From Eledone cirrhosa (Eukaryota), in contig OZ024746.1 in NCBI GenBank assembly GCA_964016885.1, positions 17,794,001 through 17,858,000 on the forward strand: a DNA stretch of 64,000 nt, in the 5' to 3' direction. Shown piece after piece: positions 49,088-62,672 of this stretch. A model generated the notes under the pieces. The model was not told where the DNA came from. It ran no database searches and worked only from the letters and a program-made list of their open reading frames with translations. Both the position numbers and the translations under genes were made by a program. The number at the start of each line of letters is the position of its first letter. The first letter of the stretch is position 1.

Positions 49088-49211
49088 TCCACTGATGAGT
49101 TTATAAGAGCCCGCTTGTGTATAAAGCTATGGATAATATACAAGTTTCTACATAACCTGGAAATTATTTATCCCAAATTGTAGAAATCTTATAACGAAAC
49201 GGCCGTCTGGA
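49088..49211 (+). ncRNA. Type I hammerhead ribozyme motif with long stem II
   Basis: tcca-CTGATGA-Gtttataaga..(~80 nt)..tcttataaC-GAAA-CGGCCG-TC-tgga; canonical G10.1-C11.1 pair and GUC cleavage triplet. Confidence 0.78.
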
Positions 49212-49391
49212 AGAAATGAGATATGTATTTAATAATGTCTCATATAAAATAATACAACCAATTATCCACGAAATACTGATTAGTTAGCACCCCAAACACT
49301 AAATTGGAATAATACTTAAGTATATCCTAATGTTTGTTGAGTGAGATGGCGTTGGTCGGAGTATCGCTTAAGGCTTTCTCTGTTTATGTAT

Positions 49392-49463
<72 letters not shown>

Positions 49464-49466
49464 TAT

Positions 49467-51738
49467 AAATAACAGGAGGCTAGACTGGTGTAAATCCTTG
49501 AAAGGTTTATTATACTATGATTATTTTAATGACCAGGTTCCATATGAATCCGGGGATTTCATCAAGTATTCGAAATATAACAAAGGAATATGTAAAAACC
49601 ATGGGTCCGAAAAATCAGAGACAAAGAGGACGACTGGCCAACTAGCTGCTTTCACCTCGGCCTGTCGCCCTCAAAGTGATGGCTACTCATTCTGCTAATA
49701 ACCATCTGGTGAGGGGGCGAAGGCTTATAATGTACTACCACCTCTCCGTCAAAGAATAAAAAGGGGGAAGAAAGAAAGAAGAAAAAAAAAGAAAGAAGTC
49801 AGCGTAAGGGTCACACTACAGTCAAGCTAGAAAACGCCGCGAAAAATGTTTTTCTAAAGAATCTATATTTTAACAAAGTCATATATAATTGTTTCTACTT
49901 TTGGCACAAGGCCAGCACATACCCAGTACATTACTAGTACTTTATTTTATCGACCCCGTAAAGATGTAAGGCAAAGTTAACCTCGGCGAGATTTGAACTC
50001 AAATCATAAAGGGACGCAACTCTATACTTCAAAGCATGGCGTCCGACCCTCTACCGATACTGCCAATCCAAGGAATATATAATTGGTGTCTGTAAGGTCT
50101 AATGTGTGAACAGAAAATTGGAAGGTTAACCTTATGTTACGAGTTATAGGATGAAATTAAATTGAAAATTGGAAAATAAATAAAAAATTTATTTAATGAA
50201 CTTACAGAGAGAGTCTTATATTTAAAAGTTACTCTCAATAAGATATCAGGATGGATAATAGAGTAAAGATTAAAGCCTTCGATTGTGAATCCCAGCCAGC
50301 ACCTCCTAACCACGTGTCAGCCAGTTTCGAGTGGTATCGTCCAGCGAAAGAAATGGAAATTAATTTTTCCGCGTACTCTAGGAACGTAGCTACCCTAGGA
50401 CCCAGGTGTGCTAGCGGGAAGTCTACAATTTCGACAGGCCATCGTCAATACCAAACGAATACTATTAATTCACATATGAGGGGTTTATTTACGTGCCAGT
50501 AGAGGCATGATACAGCTAACAGTTGTGCCTAAGCCTAGAGTTTATAGGGATAAGTATAATATGGCGGCCAAAACAGGCGGCACGGCGGGCCTGGGGCAAA
50601 GTAAGCCACTCCGAGTAATTTCGTTTACCGAAAGAGGGGAAATTTATTTTTCCAAGCACTCAAAGAAGGGTGAACTTTCCGAGCGCCCATCGCGCAGCCG
50701 GGAAAAGCCACCACATCAATCGAAGGTAGCAAAACCCAATAAAGAGTGCAAATAGACTATAATTATTTTAAATTCCCAGTTAGTCCGGGTTATAAGTAGT
50801 GTGGTTCCTTGGTGGGTAGGGGGCTATGAAAGGTGCATAATGACCTGAGTAAGGAAAGTTACATATAAATAAAAACAGGATACAAAGATAAAGAATACAT
50901 TGATAAAAATACATTAATAAACTAATAAAAGTAAAAAGTAAATAAAACGTCTTCATAGCTAGGGTAGTGGTGTAGTAAGACGGAAGTATATAAGAACATA
51001 TTGGAGGAATCAGAGCAAAGGGGAAATACAATATAGATCAAGTTGTAGTAAGATAATACAGGTTGTACATATAGATAAAGAGGATGGAAGAGATGGAATG
51101 GTAACAGGTGATACCTAGCGTAAAGTTTGGGTCTCCGAATTCAGTGTAAGTCACAAAAAAGTCCTGAGGTATAGAGTAGAGAATTCAGTCAATACAATAC
51201 ATGATTTAGTATAATACGTAGAATTTTGTCGGAATCCGAATATTCCCAACAGGAAAGCAGCATCGGGTGGGTGGTAGACAAAGCACAGAGCAGCCAAAAT
51301 CCGAATGGTAAGCAGATCAGTTAATCCCATGCTGGCAATAGCTGTACACTGAAGTCAGTGCCGCTGTTCAATATTACATTTGGAAGTGCTCAACATTATT
51401 GGAGCATTATTTCTTTAAGTTTGTTGGTTCACCACTGGATAGAATTCCGTATGGTCAATCTCGGTGTAATATTGTGGAGACTACTCAACGTAGTGCAGTT
51501 CACTCGTCTTTGTTTGTGTAGTTGGTGGTGTGAATACGGAGTTAATTATCAATAAAAATAACAGGAGGCTGGACTGGTGTAAATCCTTGAAAGGTTTATT
51601 ATACTATGATCATTTCAATGACCGGGTTCCATATGAATCCGGGGATTTCATCAGGTATTCGAAATATAACAAAGGAATATGTAAAAACCATGGGTCCGAA
51701 AAATCAGAGACAAAGAGGACGACTGACCAACTAGCTGC
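49467..51738. mobile_element. Unclassified 2.3-kb element bounded by 183-bp direct repeats
   Basis: 49467-49649 and 51556-51738 differ at six positions, all transitions; GC-richer interior with a nested SINE. Confidence 0.6.
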
Positions 51739-54700
51739 CTTGAAGAAATGTTTTTCCACAGTTTTTTCCTTTTCCCTTACGTACACAGCCATCAAGTGAC
51801 ATGCGACTTCGCAGAGAAGACATTAGATAAATTCTCCTAATGGTAGGATTTACAGCACCAGTCATCTGTTATCTATAAAAATAACTAGCCATCATTTGAG
51901 TTCAAATCCCGCCAAGGTTAACTTTGTCTTTCATCCTTACGGGGTTGATAAAATAAAGTACCAGTAATGTACTAGGTAATTGCTAGCCTTGTGCCTAAAG
52001 TAGAAACAATTATAAATAGGCTGTCCTGCGGTCCTAACATTCATCTGCCTCTTCTAGACAACACAGTTTACTGCCACTTCGCTTGTACAACTCAACCTCA
52101 CCATATAAGAGTTTATTACTACCTCTGCTGGTACATACTGTCTGGCTTGTGACTCATCAATATATCCCACCTCTTGAGATGCATTAGGCAGCCAACTTTC
52201 TCCAATGACCATGGACAGTTGCATCTATCAATGCATCCAACGTCTTGTGATCCATGAGGCAGCCAAAGTGCTCCAATGACCACAGTCAGTTGTATCTATC
52301 AATTCATCCCACAGCTTGTGATCCATGAGGTAGCCTAAGTGCTCAAATGACCATGGTCAGTTACATCTCTCAATATATCGATCCAACTTTTGTTGATGGG
52401 TTTCAGGTCTTTGTTGATTGTCTGCTGCCAGTTCATCTTGGGACATTCTCTTAATAGAGTTTGCAAATACTTTTATTTCACATAATTATGCATACAATTA
52501 AACACAATTCATATTGGTGGGGTGGATTAGGAAAAACAGGAGAAAACCTGCATACACAATCACTTGCCACAATAAAGGGCGCTGGAGTTTCCTTCTAATA
52601 ATTTTTAAAGCAAGCCAACATACAGCATTGCTGTGAATGATAGCAAGGCTAAAACGTTGGAATAACCAAGCAACCCCTCCATGGACGTCCCCTGATATGT
52701 TGGTAAAATGAGCCACCAACACTGAAAAGACCCCCATTGTCAGTGACCCAGCTTCCCCAAACATTTCGAACACCAAAGGTAGAAAAAAATTAGTTGGCCA
52801 AAATTTTTGATATTTTAGGATTTTATCCTAACAAAAAAAATAGAACAAAAAGAAATACTAGAAGAACAATTGCTTGGATTACATGAAGCTACTGGCTGTA
52901 TTTTACCGACATGCATTTTACTGGGCAGTTGTAATACAGATCACATGTCAACAAACTTCCAATCACATTCTCAATATAAGTTAGTTCTTCTTCCTCTTCT
53001 TCTTGCCGTTTGCCTGATCAAGATCAGGGATCAGTTTCCCGGACCCCTAGTGAGGAGGTCGTCAAACTTGGACCCCATGTAAGTTAGTCTATCATAAAGT
53101 TAGTCTATAATAACTTAAATGAACCCTCATTTATTACTGGTATTATTTGGGGTGAGAGGTTAAAAAGCAGAGCTGATCCTGGTAGAATTTCAACTTAAAA
53201 CAGATTGCTGAGCTAAATTTTGTGCCCTCAGTTTTGGATTCAAAACATTTTGATAACTCACTCGACATTCATCAATAAACCTGTATTCATAAACAGAGTT
53301 CAACCCTTGCTAGCAGGAAAACAAATATTAAATGATGGTGATGATGATGATAGCTAGATATAATGGTACAAGTTTTCGTGTATTAAGTCAAACTATCAAA
53401 GTTTATTTATAATGAAATACTTTCCTGTCATTGAGTTGAAATAAAAACAATATTTCAGGACTATTTGTTCATTCTGCCTTAATGACCTCAATTAATCTTT
53501 TTTTAGAGATGAGATGTTTGTGTTTAACTTACCTTCAACAATAAAATATGAGCCAGTTGGGGAACCCCTATATAATTGCTCAAGCTCCAAGAAACAACAA
53601 CCAATTCTCCCCCAAAACCTCACTTTAATGTCTCAGAAAGAATGAACCATTGGCTAATGTGGTCTAAGGAAAAAAAAAAAGACAGAATAATTATGGCTGG
53701 AATCCAGAGTTTTATTTTAAGGAAATTTTAGATCTGCACAAATTTGTGATGGCTATTTTTAACATTTTAGGGGTGTTTTAAATCTATTAACTATCATTTA
53801 CCATGTTAGTACGTATAGTATTGACACAAAATGAAAACTTACTGCACAAAATTAGACTTAGAACTATACAAGCCAGGATCAACTGTGTCTTAAAATAATC
53901 ACTGCTGGAATTCTTTTAATCATGAGTCTACTCAATCACAGCTAATCAATAATAACTGTTTCTACTTTTGGCACAAGGCCAGCAATAACCCAGTACATTA
54001 CTGGTACTCTATTTTATCGACCCCGTAAGGCTGAAAGGCAAAGTGAACCTTGGCGGGATTTGAACTCAGACTGTAAAGGGACGTAACTATGCTGGAAAGC
54101 ATGGTGTCCGACTCTCTACCAATCCACTGCCAGCTAATCAATAATAACTACAATGAAACAGTTTCAATTCAAATTTTCTGGGTGTGAAAAAAAGTTTGCC
54201 TTGGTGTGATTTGAACTAAGAACATAGAGGGACACAACTGTATGTCATCAGTTATCTGATAATAAAGAAGGTCAGCATAATAAAAAAATAAATAAAATAA
54301 ATAGTGTCTAGCTTTAAATTAAAATGATGAGAAAAAACATCAGCTTAATATAAATTCAATACAATTTTCTAAATACTGATTACTGAATTAATATAATTTA
54401 CTCCACTCATTAAGATTAGTTTACTCCACTTTCTCTCTCTCTCTCTCTCTAAATTTGGTTCTATTGTATTCCAGTCAAGACTAGCTTTTTCAACATTGTT
54501 GATGTATTGAAATGTGAACTGAAATTTTAAATTGTAGATAAATGTGAATACAAGCAACTAAAATGGGGTTCTCCAAGGGGTCTTTAGGGTAACATTACTT
54601 GATTGTGTGCATAGATCAGAGAGTCGCTTCAGGTAGTGTCACTACTTCTCTGAATTGAGATATCACAGTTCTGATACTACAGGCATGTGGTTAGAATGTC

Positions 54701-56119
54701 TAAGGGAAAATTTGCTGGACAAATTTTATGGGCAAAGGCAACTGGCAAAAGACCCCAGTAAGATAGTTGGATAACATCCATGAGCTCAATTGGTTTTGCT
54801 TGGAGATCCAGCTGGATCAATTGGAGGACATGGCCTTCTAGAAGTGTTTGAGAACTCTAAACCTCCCTGGAAGAAATGGGTTATAAAGAAGGAGGAGGAG
54901 GAGGTGACACTGAATTGTCTATGGTAATACTTGTACCATATTGTGTGAACAATGAAATTAGATAAGCTAAACATTATATTAATAGCTACATCAGTAAACA
55001 TTGTTTTATGAAATAAATGTCACATACATATGCTTATGTGTTGTCCCATATATATGTGAATATATAGACACATGTATATGTATAATTATGTACATCTTTA
55101 TTACATTGTGTATGTGTTGTCTGTCTGCCAGGCTTTGACCTGATTTTCACCTGAATTTTCACCAGATATTTTCTCAATGAAGCATATGTAGGAAGAGGTG
55201 GTCTTTTATTTCTTTATTTTATTTCACTTGCACTGTATATTGAGTAGGGGAGATTGATTCTCCTAAACCCACACATAATTTGTGATCCATGAAGCTTTGG
55301 AGGTTTGTGAGGATAGCACTGGGTTTCTCTGAGCTTATTGAGTAGACTAACAAACCTTTCAAAAGCCTGAATGGAGTCCAAGGGAAAATACATTTAAATA
55401 AATAGAATCTTTCTTTGTGAAAAGGTTGGGAACCATTGATTTATATAAGATAACTATGAAGAGCTGACTATGCAAGAATCTCAATGTCTACATAAACAAT
55501 TGGTGTTTACTAACAAAGAATAGTCAACAGCAAAAGGGAAAAATTAATTTAAGTCTGTGATTTCATCTGTTGGTATAAAGCACAAAAAATGTTAAGATTT
55601 GTGCATGAAACTGTTGATCACACATTGCATGAACTTCTACAAAATTTCTTACACTTTTGATGATAAGATCCTGGTGTTTCTAACTGATTTTCATCTAACA
55701 CTTCCGATCTAGCAGAGCTGTTTTAGCTGTTAGGACCCATTCTTTATTTTGAAAGAGAAACTTATCATGAGACTTACCAGTATATAGTATCAGCAATGGA
55801 AACACCAATGGAAATAGTGTTTCCTTGGTCAGATTTTATGAGTTCCACTTCACTCAGTAATTGAATGAGGTCTGCGATCTTGTCAATCAATTGATAAATA
55901 TTATCATGTAATTTAGAAAATCAAGAGGATAGTACACGAGCTGGTTTTCTGCTTCATGTTGATGAAGAAAAAAAAAACGAATTCTAGTCGCAAGATTGAG
56001 TTTCTAAATGATGTTGTAGCTACATCAACTGAACATGATATGATAAATCAAGATTTTGGCAGCCCAAGATATCATGGAAACTTCACAGACCAACGAGTAT
56101 TATCCCCTATGAATGTGAT

Positions 56120-56408
56120 GTTTATTCTCTCCGAATTGAGAGATCACACTACTGTAGGCATGTGGTTAGAATGTCTCAGGAAACAATTGCTGGACTAATT
56201 TTATGGGCAAAACCAACCAGCAGGAAACCCCAGGGTAGACCATGAGCGAGATGGTTGGATAACATCCATGAGCTTGGCTGGTCTCACTTGGGGATCTAGC
56301 CGGATCAATTGGAGACAGTTACTTCTGACAGGACCCACTGGAAGGAGTTTGGGGAGAAGAAGAAGAAGAAGAAGAAGAAGAAGAAGAAGAAGAAGAAGAA
56401 GAAGAAGA
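56120..56408 (+). mobile_element. RTE 3' fragment with (GAA)n tail
   Basis: Similar to 24785-25050; related pieces at 54610-54900 (+) and 47140-47480 (-). Confidence 0.75.
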
Positions 56409-58227
56409 GAGCTATGCTTCAACACTAAAGGGTGGTATTCTACTTAGGAGTATTCATAGTTGGTAATAACAACTAGTAGGTGTATGTTTATATGTGTGTA
56501 TTTCTATGTCTATGTTTCTATGCATGTGTTTATATGTGTGTGTTTATATATGTACATTTATGTGTATGTTTATATTTGTGTGTATATGTGTGTGTGTATA
56601 TGTGTGTGTGTATATATGTATGTTAATATGAGTACATGAATGTGTGCAACATTTACAGCTGACAATTAACCAATGACATTTTGAAATTTGTATTGTTTCT
56701 AAACAAATTAGGTCCACATTCATTATTAGAACATGATATTGTCGAGAGAACCTCTTGTTTATTCATTTATTTAATCTAACAGGGTACTGAATTCATATTC
56801 AAACAATAAACTCATTTGTTATATTGAAAGTTAGAACTACACATAATATTACTACTTTTAGTTGGTTGTTATTTGTTATGTACTTATATCATCTTTTCTC
56901 TCACTACCACCCACCCCCTCCTCCACTGTAGTTGCTCTCTTTCTCTCTCTCACCCCACCCCTGCAATATTTGCTCTCTGTCTCTTTCATATTTAAGATGG
57001 CAAAAGTCATTTCAAGGAAATGAAATCACTTGCTTATTTCTATCTGAGGTTATATACGATGGTAGGCTGAAAAGTTCATAGGCTGACTATGAAGGGGTGA
57101 TGACAGAGCTGTGAAATCTTGTATGCATTAACTTCAATTCTTCTTATTAATTGTTTCTACTTTTGGCACAAGGCCAGCAATTATCCCAGTACATTACTGG
57201 TACTTTATTTTATCGACCCCGTAAGGATGAAAGGCAAAGTGAACCTCGACAGGATTTGAACTCAGACCGTAAAGGGACGTAACTATGCTGGAAAGCATGG
57301 CGTCCGACTCTCCACCGATACTGCCAATCCATTCTTCTTATTAATAACTTAATAACTGCATTGTTTCTTTCCAGAGACTATGTTGAAAAATAAACCTCAT
57401 TTGGTCATTCCATGAGAGTATCTTGGTCATCCTATGAACCTTTCAGCTGACCCTCATATACAAAGCCAAGTCAGAATATTGATTTACAGCATAGAGGTTC
57501 AGTAGTTTCCATAGTTATAATATTTAAATCTTGATTGATCCAGTTCTATCTAGTTGTAAACAACTACACTACAGCTTCTGTTAAAGCATGTCTCTTGCCA
57601 TATTGAAATAATGTTTATTGAGATAGTTTCACTCTATTTTCTTTTTTCAAAGAAATAGTAGATAATGTTATATACAATATTGAAATAAGAACTAAGTTGC
57701 AGCCTTACACCACAAACTTTAAAAACATATTGATAGAGTTCGATTAATAAGATCCCAGACTTCATTTGCTGACCAAGTAGGGTGAAACTCATCAAATTGA
57801 ACCAAGGAAACAATGTTTCCATTGGTCTTTCCATTGCTGATACTATCTACTGGTTGCAAAACAAAATAAAATCACACAATCATTTCTTTCCCAAACTCTA
57901 ACCCTCTCTACCTGAATCCAAACCTAAGTTTTCTCTTTAACCTGTATTATCTATAAGAGTTAATATGAAATGTCAACCAAATTAAAATCTGATCCAATTA
58001 TTTTTATCTTGATTTTGGTTGGATTTGAATTTGAAAATTAAATATCTCAAAGTATTATGTCTGCTTCCATCTCTTTAGCCAGCATTAATGCTATATAACT
58101 TCTACAGATAAATTATAAATCATTATTACTCCACCCTCATCACACTAACTTATAAAAACCAACAGCAAATACTGTCAATGGCAGACAATGAACTCCTGCT
58201 TTATCAGATCATCAATAAGTACCTCAA

Positions 58228-58600
58228 GTCTCTCTCTCTCTGTATCATCAACAGGTCCTTTCACTCTCTCTCTCTCTATCATCAATAGGTTCTCTCTCTC
58301 TCTATCATCATTGGTCCTCTCTGTGTATCACCAATAGCTCCTCTCACACACACTCTCTCTGTATCATCAATTGGTCCTCTCATTTTCTCTCTCTCTCTCT
58401 CTCTGTGTATCACCAATAGCTCCTCTCACACACACTCTCTCTGTATCATCAATTGGTCCTCTCATTTTCTCTCTCTCTCTCTCGGTATCATCAATAGGTT
58501 CTCTCACACACCCTCTCTCTGTATCATCAATAAGTCATCACTCTCTCTTCCTCTCTCTGTCATCAATAGGTCCTCCCTCTCTGTCTTTCTGTCATCAATG
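58228..58600. repeat. CT-rich imperfect tandem repeat
   Basis: Repeated ctctctgtatcatcaataggtcctctc units. Confidence 0.8.
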
Positions 58601-61399
58601 AGTACCTTAAGTAAGTAAAGTTCACAACTTTAGTCAGTGAGAGTACTGAACAATTTCCAAAAAAAAGTTTTTTTAATTATACCCTCTCCAAAAGATCTTG
58701 TAAAGAGCTAGACCAGTGGTCCCCAACTTTTTGTACTCCATACACCAACTCAACATTTCAAAAATTGTTATGCTCCTCTTTGATATGAAAACAGCAAAGT
58801 GTAAACAAATTGGTGTATAGGTGGTGCCAGATTCACAATAACATGTGGTGAAGGTGAGACAGGAGTTACTGACAGTAATGTGTACCAAAGTTGCTTTGGT
58901 GTAGGTGGTACCAGATGCACAGTATCATGTGTGGAGGAGGAGGTGAGACAGGAGTTTGTGACAGTAATATGTACCAAAGTTGCCTTGGTGTTAAAGTAAT
59001 AAGGTGAAAACTCATTAACACCATTTTCAAATTGCCCCCACTGTGGAGCATGCACCCCACGTTGGGAATCACTGATCTAGCTCATTCATTGAACTTTCCT
59101 GTTAACCCTTCAATAATATAATATTGTTAAGAAGAAAATATAAATAATAGTTATATTTCTGAGTCTTCTTTAAGACTGTGTATTTATTGCGATCCAAGTA
59201 TCTACTTTGAAGCAAACACATTTTGTCAGAATTTTCATGGTACTATATAAAAATAATCAGGAAATATCTGTGAGAACCCAATAAAGGCTATTATTTAAAT
59301 GAAGCCCTAAATATACTTCCGATACAAAAAAAAATATTCGAGAATTTGTGCGCGCACGCGCGTACTGAAGAAAAATTAACAAAACCAAAATTCCTTTCCA
59401 CAAAATATTAGCATTTTAAGGGTTGTTTATTGAAACAATCTTTTATAAAATAAAATGAAACTAAATATTACACGTTAAGTATTAAAAAACTTCTAAAAAT
59501 TCCTTTGAAATGAATTTCACTTTTGATTTAATGTTGACGATTTTGAGATTTTTCATTTAATCAACAAGAGTTCTTTTAAACAGGTTTTAATCCTCCCGAG
59601 GTTAACTTTGCCTTTCATCCTTAGGGGGTCGATAAAATAAAGTACCGGTAATACACTGAGTTATTGCTGGCCTTGTGCCAAAAGTAGAAACAATTATTTT
59701 ACCTTAAATTTTCTGGTTATTGATTTTTCTATTTAAAATCTTATTATTATATTATATTTTTAGCTTTACAAAAACATCATGTAAAGTGTGGTGGTATTTA
59801 CTGAAAGTCAATTGATGCTGTCAATCGTCGACTATCGGGTATAATTCTGATCCCCAAAATCAAAAACATATTTCCTTCCAGGTGACAAATTTTGCGATTT
59901 TGTTTAAATAACGATGCAATGTTCTATAGAAGCTTCTATCTAAATTCTAAAATGAATTGTGCGACGTAAGAAAATAAAAAAAAGATGTTAAATTAACCGA
60001 ATGTGTGAGCTCGTATATGTTGTGAACCCCAATATTTTTATAGAAGGCCTAACAACAATAAATACCGTGTTTCCCCTGATATAAGACAGGTTTTGTTTTC
60101 CCTTAAAAAAAAGCAATAGGATTTATTTTCGAGATATGGCTTATATTTTTACACAAAAAATAATAGCACAAGAGTTTTGAGAGAAGTATCATTATACAGA
60201 TGCCAAAAACAAAGGATATATATTATAGAGTTAAAAACAATATCACTAAAAGAATGTATTATATTAGTAATCAGTAAGACCGGAAATCTGCGTTTTATAT
60301 TAATTTTTCCCCCAAAAAAGGCACGGGTTTATATTAGGGGAAGCAACATAAACAATATACTAGGACTTATATTTGAAATAGTTCTTATAAGGGAAAGAAC
60401 ATAAATAATGCTATGGTTTATTTTTGGAGTAGGTATTTTAATAAGTGAAACACGGTACATGTATCCCATGTGGTTGATAACACAGGAATGAGTTGTAATC
60501 CTAAAATGGTTCTACCGTCGAGGTACTTATGTTAAAAATGTAACTAAAATATATACCGTGTTTCCGTCTACCACACCGGTTTATTATCTATTTAACATCC
60601 CCCTACTCTCATTTTCCCACTATATTTCACCGTACTAAATTCAGTTGACCGTTTATTATAATATTTTTATCCAGCCGATACAGTAAACAATGGCAACTTA
60701 TATCCCAAAAGCAACATGTGTTGTTTCATTAAATTTACAAATAACTACAAAATGTTACTTGTAGCAACAGTACAAGTTTCTCTGTTTAATTACTGCTTAT
60801 ATAATAAACAACAGCAATATTAGCCATTTCGTTTTTGTTTATCATTAACATGAGAGCAATAAGAAGTCTCACTCGAGATGGAACCGGCATAATGTATATA
60901 AACATAAACAGCTGCCACCGGCATATATAAATATACACACACGCATAAATATATATGTATCGTTACATCTTATTAAAATGACTAGTTTGAAATTGAAGTA
61001 AATTTCTATATGAGTTCAACCGTGTTTATTTATATAGAGAAATAGTAATAAAACAGTATAGAAATAAAAATATCGAGGTTGAAGTGGGGAGGAGTTATTA
61101 AATATGATATGTTTACTGAATAAATAGCTAGCGAGTAGTAGATTACGCCATTACCGATGCTTTGTTTACAAAATAAAATAATTTATTATTCAATGGTTGT
61201 TAATAAAGTATGAAAATAATGGTTAATAAGAATCTACCGGTTTATATTAATATGCAATTAAAAGGAAAATTTTCCAATTACATGGAAAAAATAAAAAAAA
61301 AACAATGGGTTTATTTTCTGACGCGTAATAATTCGAGGTCTATGTCAACAGACAAACCACAATGCCATTCAAAAGTGAAGCGTTCAAATTTCTAGCCAG

Positions 61400-61530
61400 T
61401 TCAAAGGGAAGTAAGTAACGAGAATTTTTAATTGACGTATACGTGTCGTTATTGGTCGTGGCTAATTGTAAGTGGTTGTGTATTGGCTGTTTAGTTGAAC
61501 AAGAACCTTTATCAATGTAAAATATAAATA
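61400..61530 (+). promoter_or_regulatory. Putative core promoter of the FRAT-like gene
   Basis: TATAAATA 61523-61530; two ATTGG (reverse CCAAT) boxes at 61451 and 61482; CRE-like TGACGTA at 61433; TCF/LEF-type TTCAAAG at 61400-61406. Confidence 0.6.
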
Positions 61531-61579
61531 GGCCACTATTCCTTAGTTACGCTGTAGGAGAGACTCCGTCGTAGCAAAT

Positions 61580-62416
61580 ATGCCGATCAAGTTAGAAAGC
61601 ATGGGGGCGATTAATGTAAACTCTTCGAATCAAACGGATTTAAAAGATATCGAATGGTTGACTAGAGGCATCGAGGAAACATTACAGCTACATCAACATA
61701 ACCATTGTGAAACCGGTCACCATTTAAAATCGTCGGTTTCTCCTTCAGCAGTAAGTAGCATGCCGAGTCGCCATCCTAGTGTTAGTGGCGGCAATAAGAC
61801 ACATGTGCCCATGGACCACGACAACATGGTGATAGCAACGAAACCTTGTAAAGCTGCTACGGCGGCCGCTGCAGCTGCCGGCACCTGGTTACCTTATGTT
61901 TTACCGTCCGTTCGAGGAGATAGACATCATCTAAACCGAGCAAAAAGTAATTGGCGACATGGCAACTTCAATGACAACAATAATAGATTGGTTGTGAAAC
62001 GACTGAACCACAGAAACGTGGTTAGTAAAAGAAGGAAATCTTACGTTTATATCGAAGATGTTCGGACTAGAAACGGTTGCAATACAGACTACAGACATCA
62101 TCAGAAATTGCTTTCAACACAGACTTTAATTCAGGAAGCTGTACGACGGTTGTATGGATTACACAGAAACACTGGTTCTACCACCATTAATAATGATACG
62201 AACAATAACAATACAAATAGTGGCACCATAATGACTACCACCACCACTAATAATAACAGTAATAATAATACTACTTTAGGACACAATGGCCTGGTCTCTG
62301 TTGGGACCGGCAGCTGCTGTACATTACAGCAAGAACGTCAACAACAACAATTACTGTTATTTCAACAAAACAATTTTAGGGACAAATGTGAATTATTTTG
62401 CAATCTAACTGTATGA
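61580..62416 (+). CDS. FRAT: Intronless FRAT/GBP-family GSK-3-binding protein, 278 aa
   Basis: DIEWLTRGIEETLQL ~ FRAT1 EVDRLVAQIGETLQL; central PY motif (WLPYVL ~ AAPY); HQKLLSTQTLIQEAVRRL ~ GSK3-binding QQLVLSGNLIKEAVRRL; single exon as in vertebrate FRATs; TATA/CCAAT promoter. Confidence 0.85.
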   Translation: MPIKLESMGAINVNSSNQTDLKDIEWLTRGIEETLQLHQHNHCETGHHLKSSVSPSAVSSMPSRHPSVSGGNKTHVPMDHDNMVIATKPCKAATAAAAAAGTWLPYVLPSVRGDRHHLNRAKSNWRHGNFNDNNNRLVVKRLNHRNVVSKRRKSYVYIEDVRTRNGCNTDYRHHQKLLSTQTLIQEAVRRLYGLHRNTGSTTINNDTNNNNTNSGTIMTTTTTNNNSNNNTTLGHNGLVSVGTGSCCTLQQERQQQQLLLFQQNNFRDKCELFCNLTV

Positions 62417-62629
62417 TATCTTTTCACTACATTTTATGCAGACAATTATTTCAGATGTGAGTGTTATACTTACAGACATGCACTTTTACACACACACACA
62501 CACACACACATATATGTATATGTATACATACACACACACACACACATACAGAGTTAATCTAAGGACATAATTTATCCGTGTAACTGAAATTGCAGTGAGA
62601 CAAATTCGTGTACATGTGCCATTAACACA

Positions 62630-62672
<43 letters not shown>

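Noticed and set aside
59348-59364. CpG-dense gtgcgcgcacgcgcgtac upstream of the FRAT-like gene
   Set aside because: Too short to assign a function; could be a decayed simple repeat
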